DNA from: Squalus acanthias
Lineage: Eukaryota
DNA: 64,000 bases
NCBI GenBank assembly: GCA_030390025.1
Contig: CM059431.1
Location: 143,098,001-143,162,000, forward strand
Direction of reading: 5' to 3'
The translations under genes and the position numbers were made by a program. Positions 1-13,494 of the stretch are shown here, piece after piece; position 1 is the first letter of the stretch, and each line of letters begins with the position of its first letter. The notes under the pieces are model-generated. The model worked only from the letters and a program-made list of their open reading frames with translations, searched no databases and was not told the origin of the DNA.

Positions 1-700
1 TAGTAAATATTGGTATTTCGAAGGATTTGGGTGTCCTTGTACATTAAACACAGCAATTTAACATGCATATACAGCACACAATTAGGAAGGCAAATTATAT
101 GTTGGCCTTTATTGCTAGGGGGTTGCAGTACAAGAGCAAGATGGTCTTGCTACAATTGTACAAGCTGTTGTTGAGACCACACCTGGAGTACTGTGTACAG
201 TTGGGTATCCACACTTCAGGAAGGATATGCTTGCCATAGATGTGGTGCAACAAAGGTGCAGTAGATTGATTCCTGGGTTGAGAGCGTTGTCCTATGAGGA
301 GAGATTGAGTAGAATGGATATTTACACTGAGTTTAGAAGAATGAGATGTGCTTTAATTGAAACATGTAACATTCTGAGAGGGCTTGAAAGGGCAAATGCG
401 GAGAGGCTGTTTCCCCTGGCTGGGGAGTCTAGAAACTAGAGGACATAGTCTCAGGAGAAGGGGTCGGTTATTTCGGATTGACATGAGGGGAAATTTCTTC
501 ACTCAAAGTGTTGTCAATATTTAAGGCAGTGTATGTTGAGTGGTCGCCTACATTCAAGGCTCAGATCGATACATTTTGGACTCTAAGGGAATTATGGAAT
601 ATGGGGACTGGGTGGGAAATTGGAGTTCAGGTCGAAGATCAACCATAATTGTGTGGAACGGTGTATGGTCTATTCCTGCTCCTATTTCTTATGTTCTTAT
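1..700 (+). mobile_element. CR1 LINE 3' fragment (end of ORF2 and 3' UTR)
   Basis: Degenerate CR1 C-terminal motifs (LVRPHLEYCVQ, LSYEERL, EFRRMR..LIET); ends in the typical ...CCTATTTCTTATGTTCTTATG tail. Confidence 0.85.
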
Positions 701-1375
701 GACAGGTATTAAAAATATTCAAAAAGTACAATGGAATGCTTGCCGTTCTATCCAGAGGAATAGATTACAAGGGGTTAGAAGTCATTTTGCAGCCATACAA
801 AGTTCTGGTTAGTCCACTCTTTGAGTACTTTTCTCAGTTCTGGGCACCAACTCTTAGGAAGAACCCATTGGCCTTGGATGGAGTGCAGCGTACAATTACT
901 AGATTGATACCTGGAAACCAAGGGTTAAATTACGGGATGAGATTGCACAACCTAGGATTGTATTCCCTAGAATTCATAAGATTAAGGGGTGATTTGATCG
1001 AAATTTACAAGATATGAAGAGGAACTGATAGAGTACAGAGAGAAACTATTTGAGCTGGTTGGTTTATCTTGGACATGGGGACGTGGCATAAAAGAAAGGG
1101 ACAGGCCTTTCAGGACGGAAGTTAGGAAACAGTTCTACACACCACGTGTGGTATAAGTTTGGAGCACTCTTTGCAAACGGTAGTTGTTGCTGAGTCAATT
1201 GTTAATTTTAAATCTGAGATTAATAGATTTCTGTTAACCAAAGGTATTAACTGATACGGAGCAAAGGCGGGTATGTGGAGTTAGGTCACAAATCAGCCAT
1301 GATCTAATTGAATAGAGGAACTGTCTCGAGCGGCGAAATGGCCTACTCCTGTTCCTAATTTCGTATGTTCATATG
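701..1375 (+). mobile_element. CR1 LINE 3' fragment
   Basis: ORF 736-1017: YKVLVSPLFEYFSQFWAP...LGLYSLEFIRLRGDLIEIYKI; CR1-type 3' tail. Confidence 0.85.
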
Positions 1376-3879
1376 TAACTGTTTATACGCCGCAGAATGT
1401 GCACACACTTCGGTCACATTGATAAATTAAGTCTTTATGCTGTCATACAACTGAGCTGGCAGTTTTATAACATATTGTCGATGCGCCATTTAGTTAAGGA
1501 GTGGAGATTGTAGCAGGTTCCCCATGTGCTGGTTCCTCTTGGAAGAGCTTGTGCTCAGGTGGGAATGGAGTCGATTGTGGCATTATTAGACTCAGTAACT
1601 CACCCTCAGGGATCATGTATGATCATTAAGCACTGGGTAGTGGACCAGAGCGTTGCAGGGACTTACCCTGAGGGTCTTTTTGGTCTGCGCTTCCTCGAAG
1701 GACATTGAGCGAGCATCAGTTACAGTTCTGACACCAGGCGAGTTTTCCGGAATTCTAATTGCATCTAACGCCCTAAAGGACGATTACGTTCTGTGAGAGA
1801 ATTTGCGTTCTGCTTTTGTTGTGAACATTATGCCGCTTCTAGTCTGTGTATTGTTACGTTAACCCTTGAGGAGAATATTGTAATGTAGACCGTCTATGCC
1901 TGGCTCACGATGCCCTCTGTGCACGAGCACGGAGGAGGTTTTCTGAAGCAGTGAGTGCACCTGTACATGTGCGCGCGCAGAACGACTCTCAGTGCTGTCT
2001 GTGCAAGACACTGTGCAGTAAGGGTGTCTTTCCAGTGCAGACTCACATTCGCGTAGAGTCACTTCCGAATATAGGTAGACTAATAACCACAAAGTAAGTG
2101 GCTAACACAGGGTGACTGTGAAGTTCACAGTGACCTCGTAGTAAAAGGAAATGCTATAATTGAGATTGATTTCCTCGTACAAGGCGACTTTCTCTCATGA
2201 CTGTGATCTCTGTCAGCTCCCATTAGAATTATTGTACTCGCTATTAACAGGTTAAGCGATTGACCCGCAAGATATGAACCTTTCTTTAATGCAGAGAAAA
2301 TCGTCAATAATTTTTATACTCAGTTCCTTTTCTGTAAACAGGCACAGTGACAGGAGCTGAAGTAATCACAGTTTGGGGAATTAACATGCTGGTTACCACG
2401 CGCCCTGTGTATGACCACTTTCCAATGAGTTACCATAGAGACGGACCACCTTTGTACAGACCTGTACTGTCACCAATGAAATATGTGGTCGCTGCCTCGC
2501 TTGCTGTTTTTCTTTGCATCCACATCGTTCTTGTAATTTATTGTTTTTATTTTATTTTAAGCAGTATTGATCAAATGACTTGTTCCAGTGGAGTCCTCTT
2601 TATTTGGAGTTATAACGTTTAATAATATCCAAAATCCGGCTCCAGTTCCGTGAGAAAATGTAGTTTCTGTTTATTTGTTGGTTAAACAACTCTTGTGGTA
2701 CAGTTGTTGGAAGAAGCAGTTTATTTCTGGCTCACCGCCAGCGGCAGGTACTTCTCAATGCAATGTGTCTGCGCGTGCGCACTTCATGCAGAAAATAACA
2801 AGATGGAGCAACAGAAATAAGTAAGTAAAACACCCAGTCATATCACGAATTTGTCTCTGATAGTTGCTCGGTTTACAGCGAGACAGAAACAATCTCCTTA
2901 TTAGCATATTTTTTTAAAGTGACGACTAGCTGAGGGTAACTTTATCTTTGAAGGATAGAGTAAATTAGTTATATCGAGTTGGCCGCATATTTAAAATACA
3001 ATTCATTATAACAATGGTTAACTCAAATTATGACTGACTGAAACTTCTGACATTTCCTCCCCCTCCACAGTTCCAGTTAACCTCTCACTTTTCGCTCTAT
3101 TAGTGTCGCTTTTTGATATGAAGTTTGACATTTTGGAAATATTAGACCAATCCCTACTGGTGCATATTAAACCTAATATGTTACATTATCTACAACTACA
3201 GTGTCGTTTCTCGCCATCTAGCATTCTTTCAATCCGTTCATTGTTCTACTCTTTCTGAATCAAAAGGGCTGAACCACAACTTCTTTATAATATCTCACAT
3301 TCTGCTCTCTTTCCACGTCAGTGCACCCTGTCGCACTCTCCATGTTTAAGCTTAGAGCTTCGAGAGTCAGGCGCCCAGATTGAAGACAGCTGCTGCTGAT
3401 TTTATACTGATTGTGTTGCATCACTTCATCTTGATCTTTGTTTGTGCAATTTAAATGTTGTTTATTTAATTCGTTCAAATTGATCCATAGATCGCTGTGT
3501 CCTTCATGTACTGTCTGTTCCCATCGCTGGGCCCACCAATCGTCATTCCTTGTCAGTACTGGCTGTACCAGCCCCCTTTTCAGCTCAAATGGAGCGTCCA
3601 AAATATGTCCAGTGCTGAAACTGCACTAAATCCTCTGATTTTCTCGTCTGTGCCAAGTTCCTATCTTCCTAACAGTTCTTCTGTCCCCTATAATGCCCAA
3701 ATAAGTTCTGTCGATGCCTCTCGCTGTTACTTAGCATCTTCCTGGAAATCTCCGTTGCTTCCCTCTAGTTTACCAATACTACTGATAACTGAAGTTCCCT
3801 CCACTGTTTTCCCTCCAAACACATCTGCACGCTTTATTATATGATGTTTGTCATTCTCCATCCTACCTATGTTAGTATA

Positions 3880-4760
3880 GGAACTTAGGAACAGAGTACC
3901 AAGAGTAGGCCATTTAGCCCCTCCAGCCTGTTCTACCATTCAATGAGATCCTGGCTGCTCTGTGACCTAAATCCATATACCCACCTTTGGCCCATGCCCA
4001 TTAATAACATAGGTTAACAGAAACCAATCAATCTTATAGTTAAAATTAATAATTGACCCATTGCCATTTGCGGAAGAGAATTCCAAACTTCTAACGACCT
4101 TTCCGTGGAGGGTTTTTTCTAACTTTGCTCCTGAAAGGCATGGCTCTAATTTTTAGACTATGCCCCCAAGTATTAGACTCCCCATCCAGCGGAAATCGTG
4201 TCTCTATCTATCCCTTCAGTTCCTCTGAAAATTTTTAAAACATCAATCAAATCACCCCTTAGTCTTCTAAATAACTGAGACTACATCCATAGTCTGTGTA
4301 ACCTCTCCTCTTAATGTAACCCTTGGAGTCCAGGTATGATTTCGGTAAATCTAGGCTGCACTCCCTCCAAGGCCAATATATCCTTCCTAGGTGTGGTGCC
4401 CAGAACTGCTCACAGTACTCCAGGTGTGGTCTAACCAGGGCTTTGTATACCTGTAGCATAACTTCTACCTCCTTGTACTCTACTCTCTGGATATAAAGGT
4501 CAGCATTCAATTAGACTTTTTGATTATTTGTTGTTACTATCCATGTCATGTTAATGATCTTTGTACATGGACCACCAAGTGTCTTTGGACCTCCACTGTT
4601 TTTAGATTTTAAATTTTGAGAATTTATTCTGTTCTATTCATTTTAGGTTCAAAGATGATGACCCCATATTTGCCTACATTGAATGCCATTTGCCACCGTT
4701 TACCCATTCCCTTAATCTATTAATATCTCTTTGTAACTTTATGCTTCCATCTACACTGCT
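3880..4760 (-). mobile_element. CR1 LINE 3' fragment
   Basis: ORF 4259-4510: LQVYKALVRPHLEYCEQFWAPHL. Confidence 0.85.
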
Positions 4761-4779
4761 GACAATGATGCGCTGAGAA

Positions 4780-5010
4780 TGGTGGATGGAACAGTGTAGA
4801 GAGAGCTTTACTCTGTATCTACCCCTGCTGGACCTGACGTGGGAGTGTTTGATGGGCAGTTTAAGTATGCTTTATACTGTATGTAACCCATGCTGCACCT
4901 GACCTGGGAGTGTTTGATGGGACGGTGTGGAGGTAGATTTACTCTGCATCTATCTCGTGCCGTAACTTAACTGCGAGTGTTTGATGGGACAGTTTAGACG
5001 GAGCTTTATC
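4780..5010. repeat. Degenerate ~66-bp satellite (GAGCTTTACTCTGTATCTAACCCGTGCTGTACCTGCCCTGGGAGTGTTTGATGGGACAGTGTAGA-like)
   Basis: 3-4 tandem imperfect copies. Confidence 0.8.
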
Positions 5011-5029
5011 TATTATTGCCCATGATTTC

Positions 5030-7345
5030 ACCACTATTATAGCTCCAATGGACCAACCCATTTCGAGCCCTGATGACCCCTCCACATTGCCTCTGACGCC
5101 CCTCCTGATACAGGGAATAGACTGGTTTTAGAACGCAGAGCAGCTTGTTATATCTTCATCCAAGCACCATTACCTCAAACTGCCTCTCACTTCCGAGGCA
5201 AGAGCGAGACACACTGCCTGATATTATGCGAGGGAGCATTTGGGGTGTATAACTCAAAACGTGAACATTGAATAGTGGGTCTTCATATTTGGAGGATGGG
5301 AGGGAAATGCTTAAGGGGAAATTTTGCGAAGCTGTGCTCCTTGGGAACGGAGTCGGAGTACTTTGGAATAGGGTCGGAGACAGGTCTGAATGTACAACTT
5401 GAGTTTATTCTCAGTGAGACTGCACATCAGGAGAAGAGTATTGTCATGTGACCCTGTGACACCTCGACTGGACGCAGCTCCGGCTGCTTTGTGACATTGT
5501 TCATGGCTGCTGTATGATTGGCTCTTGGCTCCATTCTGACGTCACCTGGAGACAGGTTTCCGCCCCTGGTTACGCACCATCAGTGGTGAGTTACTCTGGG
5601 CGGAGCTGGAGTTCACAGCGGATATTGTGAGTGAGTATAGCCTCATAAATAGGGACAAGGAAAGACAAGAACAATTTAATATTAAATGAATAATTCAACC
5701 AAATGTCATTAATTGTAAATATATTCAAATTAAATATATTCATAGTTGGAAAATTACTCACATTGTATTCCGATCACAGTTTATGGAATTAATATTAATC
5801 ATATTTATATTGTTAGTTTCTTGGAGTCAGCAGAATCTCAGGAAGGTGGAGAAAGAGAGAAGTCGAATCATCACAACATTACCTGGGACCGGACAAACGT
5901 CATTGGGTTCACAGAACATAACTGGAGATATCATGACGCCCAGCTTCAAACACCGGATAATACAGATAACTTCAGCAATGATTGGAAGGGTGGGGAACTT
6001 AACTGAGAATCCAATCAGTCCAGGATTTTGCCGAGATGAGAGTCGAACCCGGTATCGGCAGCTATTCAACATTTGCCACAAGGCTTGGCCTTTGATGCAG
6101 CAAATTTGACTGGGGATTCACTCGTGTGTGAAACGTGTCCACATCTCACCTGGGAGCGCTTAAGAATTACATGAACACTGAATTCTATCCTGTAACCGTA
6201 CCGTGCTGTGCCTGAGTTGGTTTGCTTCATTGGATAGTGTCAGAGGAGGTTACGCTGTATTGAGCAGATGCTGTATCTGAGTTGACTGTGCCTGATGAAC
6301 CAAAATACAGCGAAATTTACACTGTATTTAACCCCTACAGTACCTGCCCTGGGAATATTAGATGGTACAGTAGAAAGGAAGCTATACTCTGTATTTAACC
6401 CGTGCTGTACCTACCCTGGGAGTGTTTGATTGGACATTGTAGCGGGAGCTTTACAGTATATATAACCCGTGCTGTACCTGCTCTGGGAGTGTTTGATGGA
6501 ACAGTGTAAAGGGAGTTTTACTCTGTATCTCACCCATGCCATACCACAGTGTTGAGAGAACATTGCCCTATCTCTTACCCGTGCTGTTCCTATCCCGACG
6601 ATTCAACCGCTTGATACCACTGATGATCCCTCCAATTATTGTCTCTGTTGCTCCTTCTTGTTAAAACGAAATTCACACTAGGAGCAGAGCCTGGTCATGT
6701 GATCCTGGATCATATCGAATGGGAGGGGCTCCGGCTGCTTTGTGACATTATTCCTGGACGCAGTGTGATAGGCTACTGTGTCCTTTGTGATGTCACCTAG
6801 AGACAGGTTCCTGCCCCTAGTTGCACACCATCAGTGGGATGTCACTGTGGACGGAGCTGGATTTGGCAGCAGATATTGTGTGATTGTATTGCCTAGAAAT
6901 AGGGGAAAACAAAAGTACGATTTAACATTAAATAAGTAATTCAAACACGTTGTAATATTTACAAATTAAATATATTAATAATCACAAACACAGTCCCATT
7001 GTTTTTCTTTGACAGATTCTATAATCAAGATGAATCATATTTATGTTAAAAGTTTCTTTGATTGATCAGTAACCTAGGAAGGTGGAGTGAGAGAATTCGA
7101 ATTATCACTACATTAACTGGGACTGGAGAAAGGTCGTTAGGTTGGGTTCAAGACCCCCAGTGTCGAAGACCAGAAACGGGAAGCTTCAACAATTATTTGA
7201 AATGTCAGGATGTTTACTGAGAATCTCTTCAGTCGAGGATTTTGCTGAGGTGAGAGTCTAACAAGCTATTGGGAGAAGTTTAGCATCTGGCATCAAACCT
7301 GGCCTTTGATGCGTAAATTTGACTGGGAATTCACTGGTATATAAA
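5030..7345. repeat. Diverged tandem segmental duplication (copy 1 ~5030-6175, copy 2 ~6590-7345)
   Basis: Colinear shared blocks, e.g. GCTCCGGCTGCTTTGTGACATT at ~5478 and ~6728; TGGCCTTTGATGC..AAATTTGACTGGG at ~6086 and ~7300. Confidence 0.8.
6180..6600. repeat. Second array of the same ~66-bp satellite
   Basis: About 6 imperfect copies of the same unit. Confidence 0.8.
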
Positions 7346-7349
7346 ACTA

Positions 7350-7825
7350 GCCAATATCTCTAGTTATTGACCCACTCGCCAGAGGGAATAGTATTTCTGT
7401 ATCAACTCTATCAAACCTCACATTATCTTGAAAACCTCTATTAGGTCACCTCTTAACTTCCCTGTTCCAAGGAGAACTGTCCTGACTTTACCAACTTCTC
7501 ATCATAACTGAAGTCCCTCATCCCTGTTAACATCGTGTTAAAACTCCTCTGTTCCCTTTTCAAGACCTTTACATCATTCCTGAAGTGTGGTGTTGGAATT
7601 GTCAACAATGCTCCAGCTGATGCTTTACCAGATTTTTATAAATTTCTAGCATTATCACTTTGTTGTTTTATTCTATCCCTCTATTTATAAACACAAATAA
7701 ATCATTTGATTTTTAACAAACTTGTCAAATTATCCTGCCACATTGAAGGATTTGTGTATATGGACATCAAGGTTTCTCTGATCATTTACAATTTTCAAAA
7801 TTGTGCCATGTGTAGTATACTGTCT
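7350..7825 (-). mobile_element. Degenerate CR1 fragment
   Basis: Reverse strand resembles the CR1 ORF2 3' part (GACTTCAGTTATG...TTGGAACAG). Confidence 0.65.
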
Positions 7826-7827
7826 TT

Positions 7828-10800
7828 CATAGAAGCATAGAAGATAGGAGCAGGAGTAGGCCATTCGGCCCCTCAAGCCTGCTCCGCCATTTAATGAGAT
7901 CATGGCTGATCATCCAAATTCAGTACCCTGTCCCTGCTTTCTCCCCAGATCCCTTGATCCCTTTAGCCTTAAGAAATATATCTAATTCCTTCTTGAATAT
8001 ATTTAATGAAATGGTCTGAACTGCCTTCTGTGTTAGAGAATTCCACAGGTTCACCACTCTCTGGGTGAAGAAATTCCTCCTGATCTCAGTCCTAAATGGC
8101 TTACCCCTTATCCTTAGACTGTGACCCCTGGTTCTGGACACCCCCGCCACAGGGAACATCCTTCCTGCATCTAGTCTGTCTAGTCCTGTTCTAATTTTAT
8201 AAGTTTCAATGAGATCCCCTCTCATTCTTCGAAACTCTATCAAATATAAGCCTAATCGACCCAATCTCTTCATACGTCATTCCTGCCATCCCAGGTATCA
8301 GTCTGGTAAATCTTCGCTGCTCTCCCTCCATGGCGAGAACATCGTTCCTTAGATAAGGCGACTAAAACTGCACACAATACTCAAGGTGTGGTCTCACCAA
8401 GGCCTTGTACAACTGCAGCAAGACATCCTTGCTCCTGTACTCGAATCCTCTCGCTATGCAGGCCAACATACCATTTGCCTTCTTAACCGCCTGCTGCAGC
8501 TGCATGCTTACCTTCAGCGACTGGTGCACAAGGACTCCCAGATCTCGTTGCACTTCCCCTTTTTCCAATCTATTGCCGTTCAGATAATAATCTGCCTTCC
8601 TGTTTTTGCCACCAAAGTGGATAACCTCGCATTTATCCACATTATACTGCATCTGCCATGCATCTGCCCAATCACCCAACCTGTCCAAATCATACTGGAG
8701 TTTCTCTGCATCCTCCTCACAGCACACACGCCCAGCCATCTTTGTGTCGTCTGCAAACTTAGAGATATTACATCTAGTTCCCTCGTCTAGATCATTAATA
8801 TATATTGTGAATAGCTGGGGTCCTAGCACCGATCCCTGTGGTACCCCACTAGTCGCTGAATGCCACTCGGAAAAACACCCGTTTATTCCAACTCTTTGCT
8901 TCCTGTCAGCCAACCAGTTCTCTATCCAAATCAGTACCTCACCCCCAATCCCATGTGATTTAACTTTGCACGCTAATCTCTAATGCGGGACCTTATCGAA
9001 AGCCTTCTGAAAGTCCAAATACACCACATCCACTGTTTCTCCCTTATCTATTCTACCAGTTACAACCTCAAAAAATTCCAGTAGATTATTCAGGCATGAT
9101 TTCACTTTTGTAATTCCATGTTGACTTTGTCCGATCCTGTCACTGTTTTCCATGTGCTCTGCTATTACATCTTTTATAATGGACTCTAGCATTTTGCCCA
9201 CTACCGATGTCAGAGAAACCGGTCTATAGTTCCCCGTTTTTTCTCGACCACCTTTTTTAAATAGTGGGGTTGCATTAGCTACCCTCCAATCCACGGGAAC
9301 TGTTCCTGAATTTATAGAATTTTGAAAGAATACCAGCAATGCATCTACTATTTCTAGGGCCACTTCCTTAAGTACCCTAGGATGTAGATTATCAGGCCCT
9401 GGGGATTTATAGGCCTTCAAACCCGTCAATTTCCCTAACACCATTTCCCTACAAATAGTGATTTCATTCAATTCCTCCCTCTCATGAGACCCTATGTTCC
9501 CCGACATCTCTGGGAGTTTATTTGTGTCCTTCTTTGAGAAGACAGAACCAAAGTATGTGTTTAATTCGTCAGCCATTTCTTTGTTCCCCATTATAAATTC
9601 CACTGATTCTGACTCCAAGGGACCTACGCTTGACTTCACCAATCGTTTTCTCTTCACATATCTATAGAAGCTTTTACAGTCAGTTTTTATGTTCCCTGAA
9701 AGCTTACTCTCATATTCTATTTTCCCCCTCTTAATTAATCCCTTTGTCCTCCTTTGCTGATTTCTAAACTGCTCCCAATCCTCAGGTTTGCTGCTTTTTC
9801 TGGCCAATTTATATGTCCTCTCCTTGGATCTTATGCTATCCCTAATTTCCCTTGTTACCCACGGTTGAGTCACCTTTTTTGTTTTATTTTTATGTCAAAC
9901 ATGGAAGACCAAATTCTGTAGTTCATCCATGCGATTTTAAATGTTTGCCATTGCCTATCCACCGGAAACCCTTTAAGTAACGCTCCCCAATCCACCCTAG
10001 CCAACTCGCGCGTCATACCATCATAGTTCCCTTTATTTCAATTCAGGACCCTAGTCTCTGAGTCAACTACTTTACTCTCCATCTTAATGAAGAATTCTAT
10101 CATATTATGATCGCTCCTCCGGAAGGGGCCTCGCACAACAAGATTGCTAATTAATCCTTTCTCATTATATAATACCCAGTCTAAGATGGCCTGATCTCCA
10201 GTTGGTTCCTCAACATATTGGACCAGGAAACCATCCCGTATACACTCTAGGAATTCCTCCTCCACAGTATTGTTACTAATTTGGTTATCCCAATCTATAT
10301 GTAAATTAAATGCACCCTTGATAACTGCTGTGTCCTTATTGCACGCGTCTCTAATTTCCCGTTTAATGCCATCCCCAACCTCAGCATTACTGTTTTGGGG
10401 GTCTGTATACAACTCCCACTAACATTTTCTGCCCCTTGGTATTTCTCAGCTCTACCCATACAGATTCCACATCATCAGATCTAATATCCTTCCTTACTAT
10501 TGTGTTAATCTCCCCTTTAACCAGCAATGCTACCCCACCTCCTTTTCCTTTTTTTCTGTCCTTCCTGAATATTGAATATTGGATGTTGAATTCCCAGCCT
10601 TGGTCACCCTGGAACCATATCTCCATAATCCCAATTATATCATATCCGTTTAAATCTATTTGCGCAGCTATTTCATCCACCTTATTACGAATGCTCCTCG
10701 CATTAAGACACAAAGGGCTAAAAATTCAGTATTGCCCCATTTGGGGTGCTAACCTCGCCGGGGCGCTAAGTTTAGCGCCCCAAAAAAATTAGTGCCCCCG

Positions 10801-12460
10801 CGCCGGAACTTCAGTGGTTGCGCCCCAAGAGGGAAGCGGGGCGCTACTGGAAGGACCCCGCATCCCTCTTGGGGCGCTGCGAGGGAATATGCTGGCGCTG
10901 CGGCACGTCGCGCCGCGGTATTGCAGGCCTTCCTCCCCTTCTTAAAGGGGAGGGGCCCTGCGCAGCATGAACCGGGGCCCAGCTGGGCCCCCAGGGATCG
11001 GGAGTGCCGGCAAAAGAGCCCGGCACTCAAGAGAAGTGCCGGGCTCTTGGAGCGCAGCCGGCACTTCACGGTGGGGGGGGCTTCACGGGGGCCGGGGACA
11101 GCAACGGGGGCAGGTGCTGGCAGGCGGCCAGCAACAAAAATGGCCGCCTGCTACCTCCCCTTTAAATATCGCCGCCCCGGCCGCACATACGCCCCCCTTA
11201 ACCCGTCGCACATAGCGTCTGGCGGTAAATCAGGGGGCGCGACTAAAGATCGCGGCTGGAGCGCGAGCGGGCTGCTGGGCACGGCGATGACGTCATCGCC
11301 GGCGGCGCAGCACCACAGGGCGCTACCGGCTGGCGCCGCCGCTAACCTCCCGCTGAATTTTGCGGGAGGCGTGGGCGGCGCTGCGCCCGGGCGTTAGCTG
11401 CTTTGCGCCCCATTAGCGCCCTCTTAAGGCGCTAACGGGAGGCGCAAGCAGCCGAATTTTTAGCCCAAAGCCTTCAGGCTTGTTTTTCTTACACTCTTAG
11501 TCCTTTTAGAATTATTATCTACTGTAGCACTGTTTGATTTACACCCTTGATTTCTCTGCTTTCCATTTTATGCTTTTCTCCTTCCTGTCTTTTGCTTATA
11601 TTCATGCTTCCCTTTCCGCTGTTTCCGTGCAAAGGTTCCTAACCCCCTGCCATTTAAGTTTAAACACTTCCCAACAGCACTAGCAAACACTCCCCCTAGG
11701 ACATCAGTCCCAGTCCTGCCCAGGTGCAAACCGTTCAGTTTGTACTGGTCCCGCCTCCCCCAGAACCGGTTCCAATATCCCAGAAATATGAATCCCTCTC
11801 CCTTGCACCATTCCTCTTGCCACGTATTCATCTGAAATTTCCTTCTATTTCAACTCTGACTAGTACTACCTTTGAGGTCATATTTTTTAATTTACCTCTA
11901 AGTCCCTATATTCAGCTTTTAGAACCTCATCCCGTTTTTTACCTATATCGTTGGTACCTGTATGCACCACGACAACTGGCTGTTCACACTCCCCCTCCAA
12001 AATGCCCTGCAGCCGCGCCGAAACATCCTGGACCCTTGCACCAGGGAGGCAACATACCATCCTGGAGTCTCGTTTGCGGCCGCAGAAACGCCTATCTATT
12101 ACCCTTACAATAGAATCCCCTATCACTATAGCTCTCCCGCGTACTACTCTGCCTGGAGGTCACCCATTCCCTTCCTGCCTGTGCAGCCTTTATCTGCGGT
12201 GTGACCAACTCCCTAAACGTGCTATCCACGATGTCCTCAGCATCGCGAATGCTCCAGTATGCATCCATTCGCAGCTCCAGCGCCGCAATGCGGTCTGCCA
12301 GCAGCTGCAGCTGGATACACTTCCCGCACACCTGGTCAACAGGGACACAGGAAGTGTCCCTGATTTCCCACATAGTGCAGGAGGACAATGCCACGGGGCT
12401 GAGCGGGGCTGCCATGACTTATCCTTTAATTAATTTAAATTAACTCAAATCAATACCACA
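7828..12460 (-). mobile_element. Near full-length CR1 LINE (ORF1 zinc finger + SGNH esterase; ORF2 AP endonuclease + RT), frameshifted and interrupted by a TIR element
   Basis: ORF1 fragments CTMWE..CGKC (12092-12415) and IGDSIVR..VVHTGTNDIG (11887-12126). Endonuclease motifs LNARSIRNK, GGGVALLV, VYRPP, SDHNMIEF. RT motifs KSPGPD, GNYRPVSLTS, YLDFQKAFDKVPH, GVPQGSVLGP, KFADDTK. Confidence 0.95.
10715..11466. mobile_element. GC-rich non-autonomous DNA transposon (PIF/Harbinger-like) inserted in CR1 ORF2
   Basis: Perfect 13-bp TIRs GGGCTAAAAATTC (10715-10727) / GAATTTTTAGCCC (11454-11466); flanked by AAA on both sides; CR1 sequence resumes on both flanks. Confidence 0.85.
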
Positions 12461-12514
12461 AATTACAATTAAATTATATGTTTTACTGAAGGGCCGTTGT
12501 ATACTTGCAATCCC

Positions 12515-13490
12515 TGAGACAGAGGACAGTGTAATTTAGGGGAACACAGTAACTGTGTAATTAGAGATAGAGGACAGGGTGATTTAGAAGAACACAGTAA
12601 CTGTTTAATTAAAGATAGAGGACTGTGTAATTTAGGGGAACACAGTAACTGTGTAATTAGAGATAGAGGACAGGGTAATTTAGGGGAACACAGTAACTGT
12701 GTAATTAGAAATAGAAGACTAATGGTAATTTAGGGGAACACAGTAACTGTGTAATTAGTGATAGAGGACACTGTAATTTAGGGGAACACAGTAATTGTGT
12801 AATTAGAGAGAGAGGACAGCGTAATTTAGAGGAACACAGTAACTGTGTAATTAGAGATAGAGGACAGGGTAATTTAGGGAAACACAGTAACTGTGTAATT
12901 CGAGAGAGAGGACAGGGTAATTTAGGGGAACACAGTAACTGTGTAATTAGAGATAGAGGACAGGGTAATTTAGGGGACACATTAACTGCGTAATTAGTGA
13001 TAGAGGACAGGGTAATTTCGGGGAACACATTAACTGTGTAATTAGAGATAGAGGACAGGGTAATTTAGGGGAACACAGTAATTGTGTAATTAGAGAGGGA
13101 GGACAGGGTAATTTAGGGGAACACAGTAACTGTGTAATTAGAGATAGAGGACAGGGTAATTTAGGGGACACATTAACTGCGTAATTAGTGTTAGAGGACA
13201 GGGTAATTTAGGGGAACACAGTAACCGTGTAATTAGAGATAGAGGGCAGGGTAATTTAGGGGAACCCAGTAATTGTGTAATTAGAGAGAGAGGCAGGGTA
13301 ATTTAGAGGAACACAGTAACTGTGTAATTAGAGAGGGAGGACAGGGTAATTTAGAGGAACACAGTAACTGTGTAATTAGAGAGAGAGAACAGGGTAATTT
13401 AGAGGAACACAGTAACTGTGTAATTAGAGGTAGAGGACAGGGTAATTTAGGGGAACACAGTAACTGTGTAATTAGAGAGAGAGGACTAAT
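12515..13490. repeat. 48-bp minisatellite (AGAGGACAGGGTAATTTAGGGGAACACAGTAACTGTGTAATTAGAGAT)
   Basis: About 20 tandem copies. Confidence 0.95.
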
Positions 13491-13494
13491 GGTA

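Noticed and set aside
10749..11397. ORFs within the GC-rich insertion
   Set aside because: No transposase motifs; open only because of GC content
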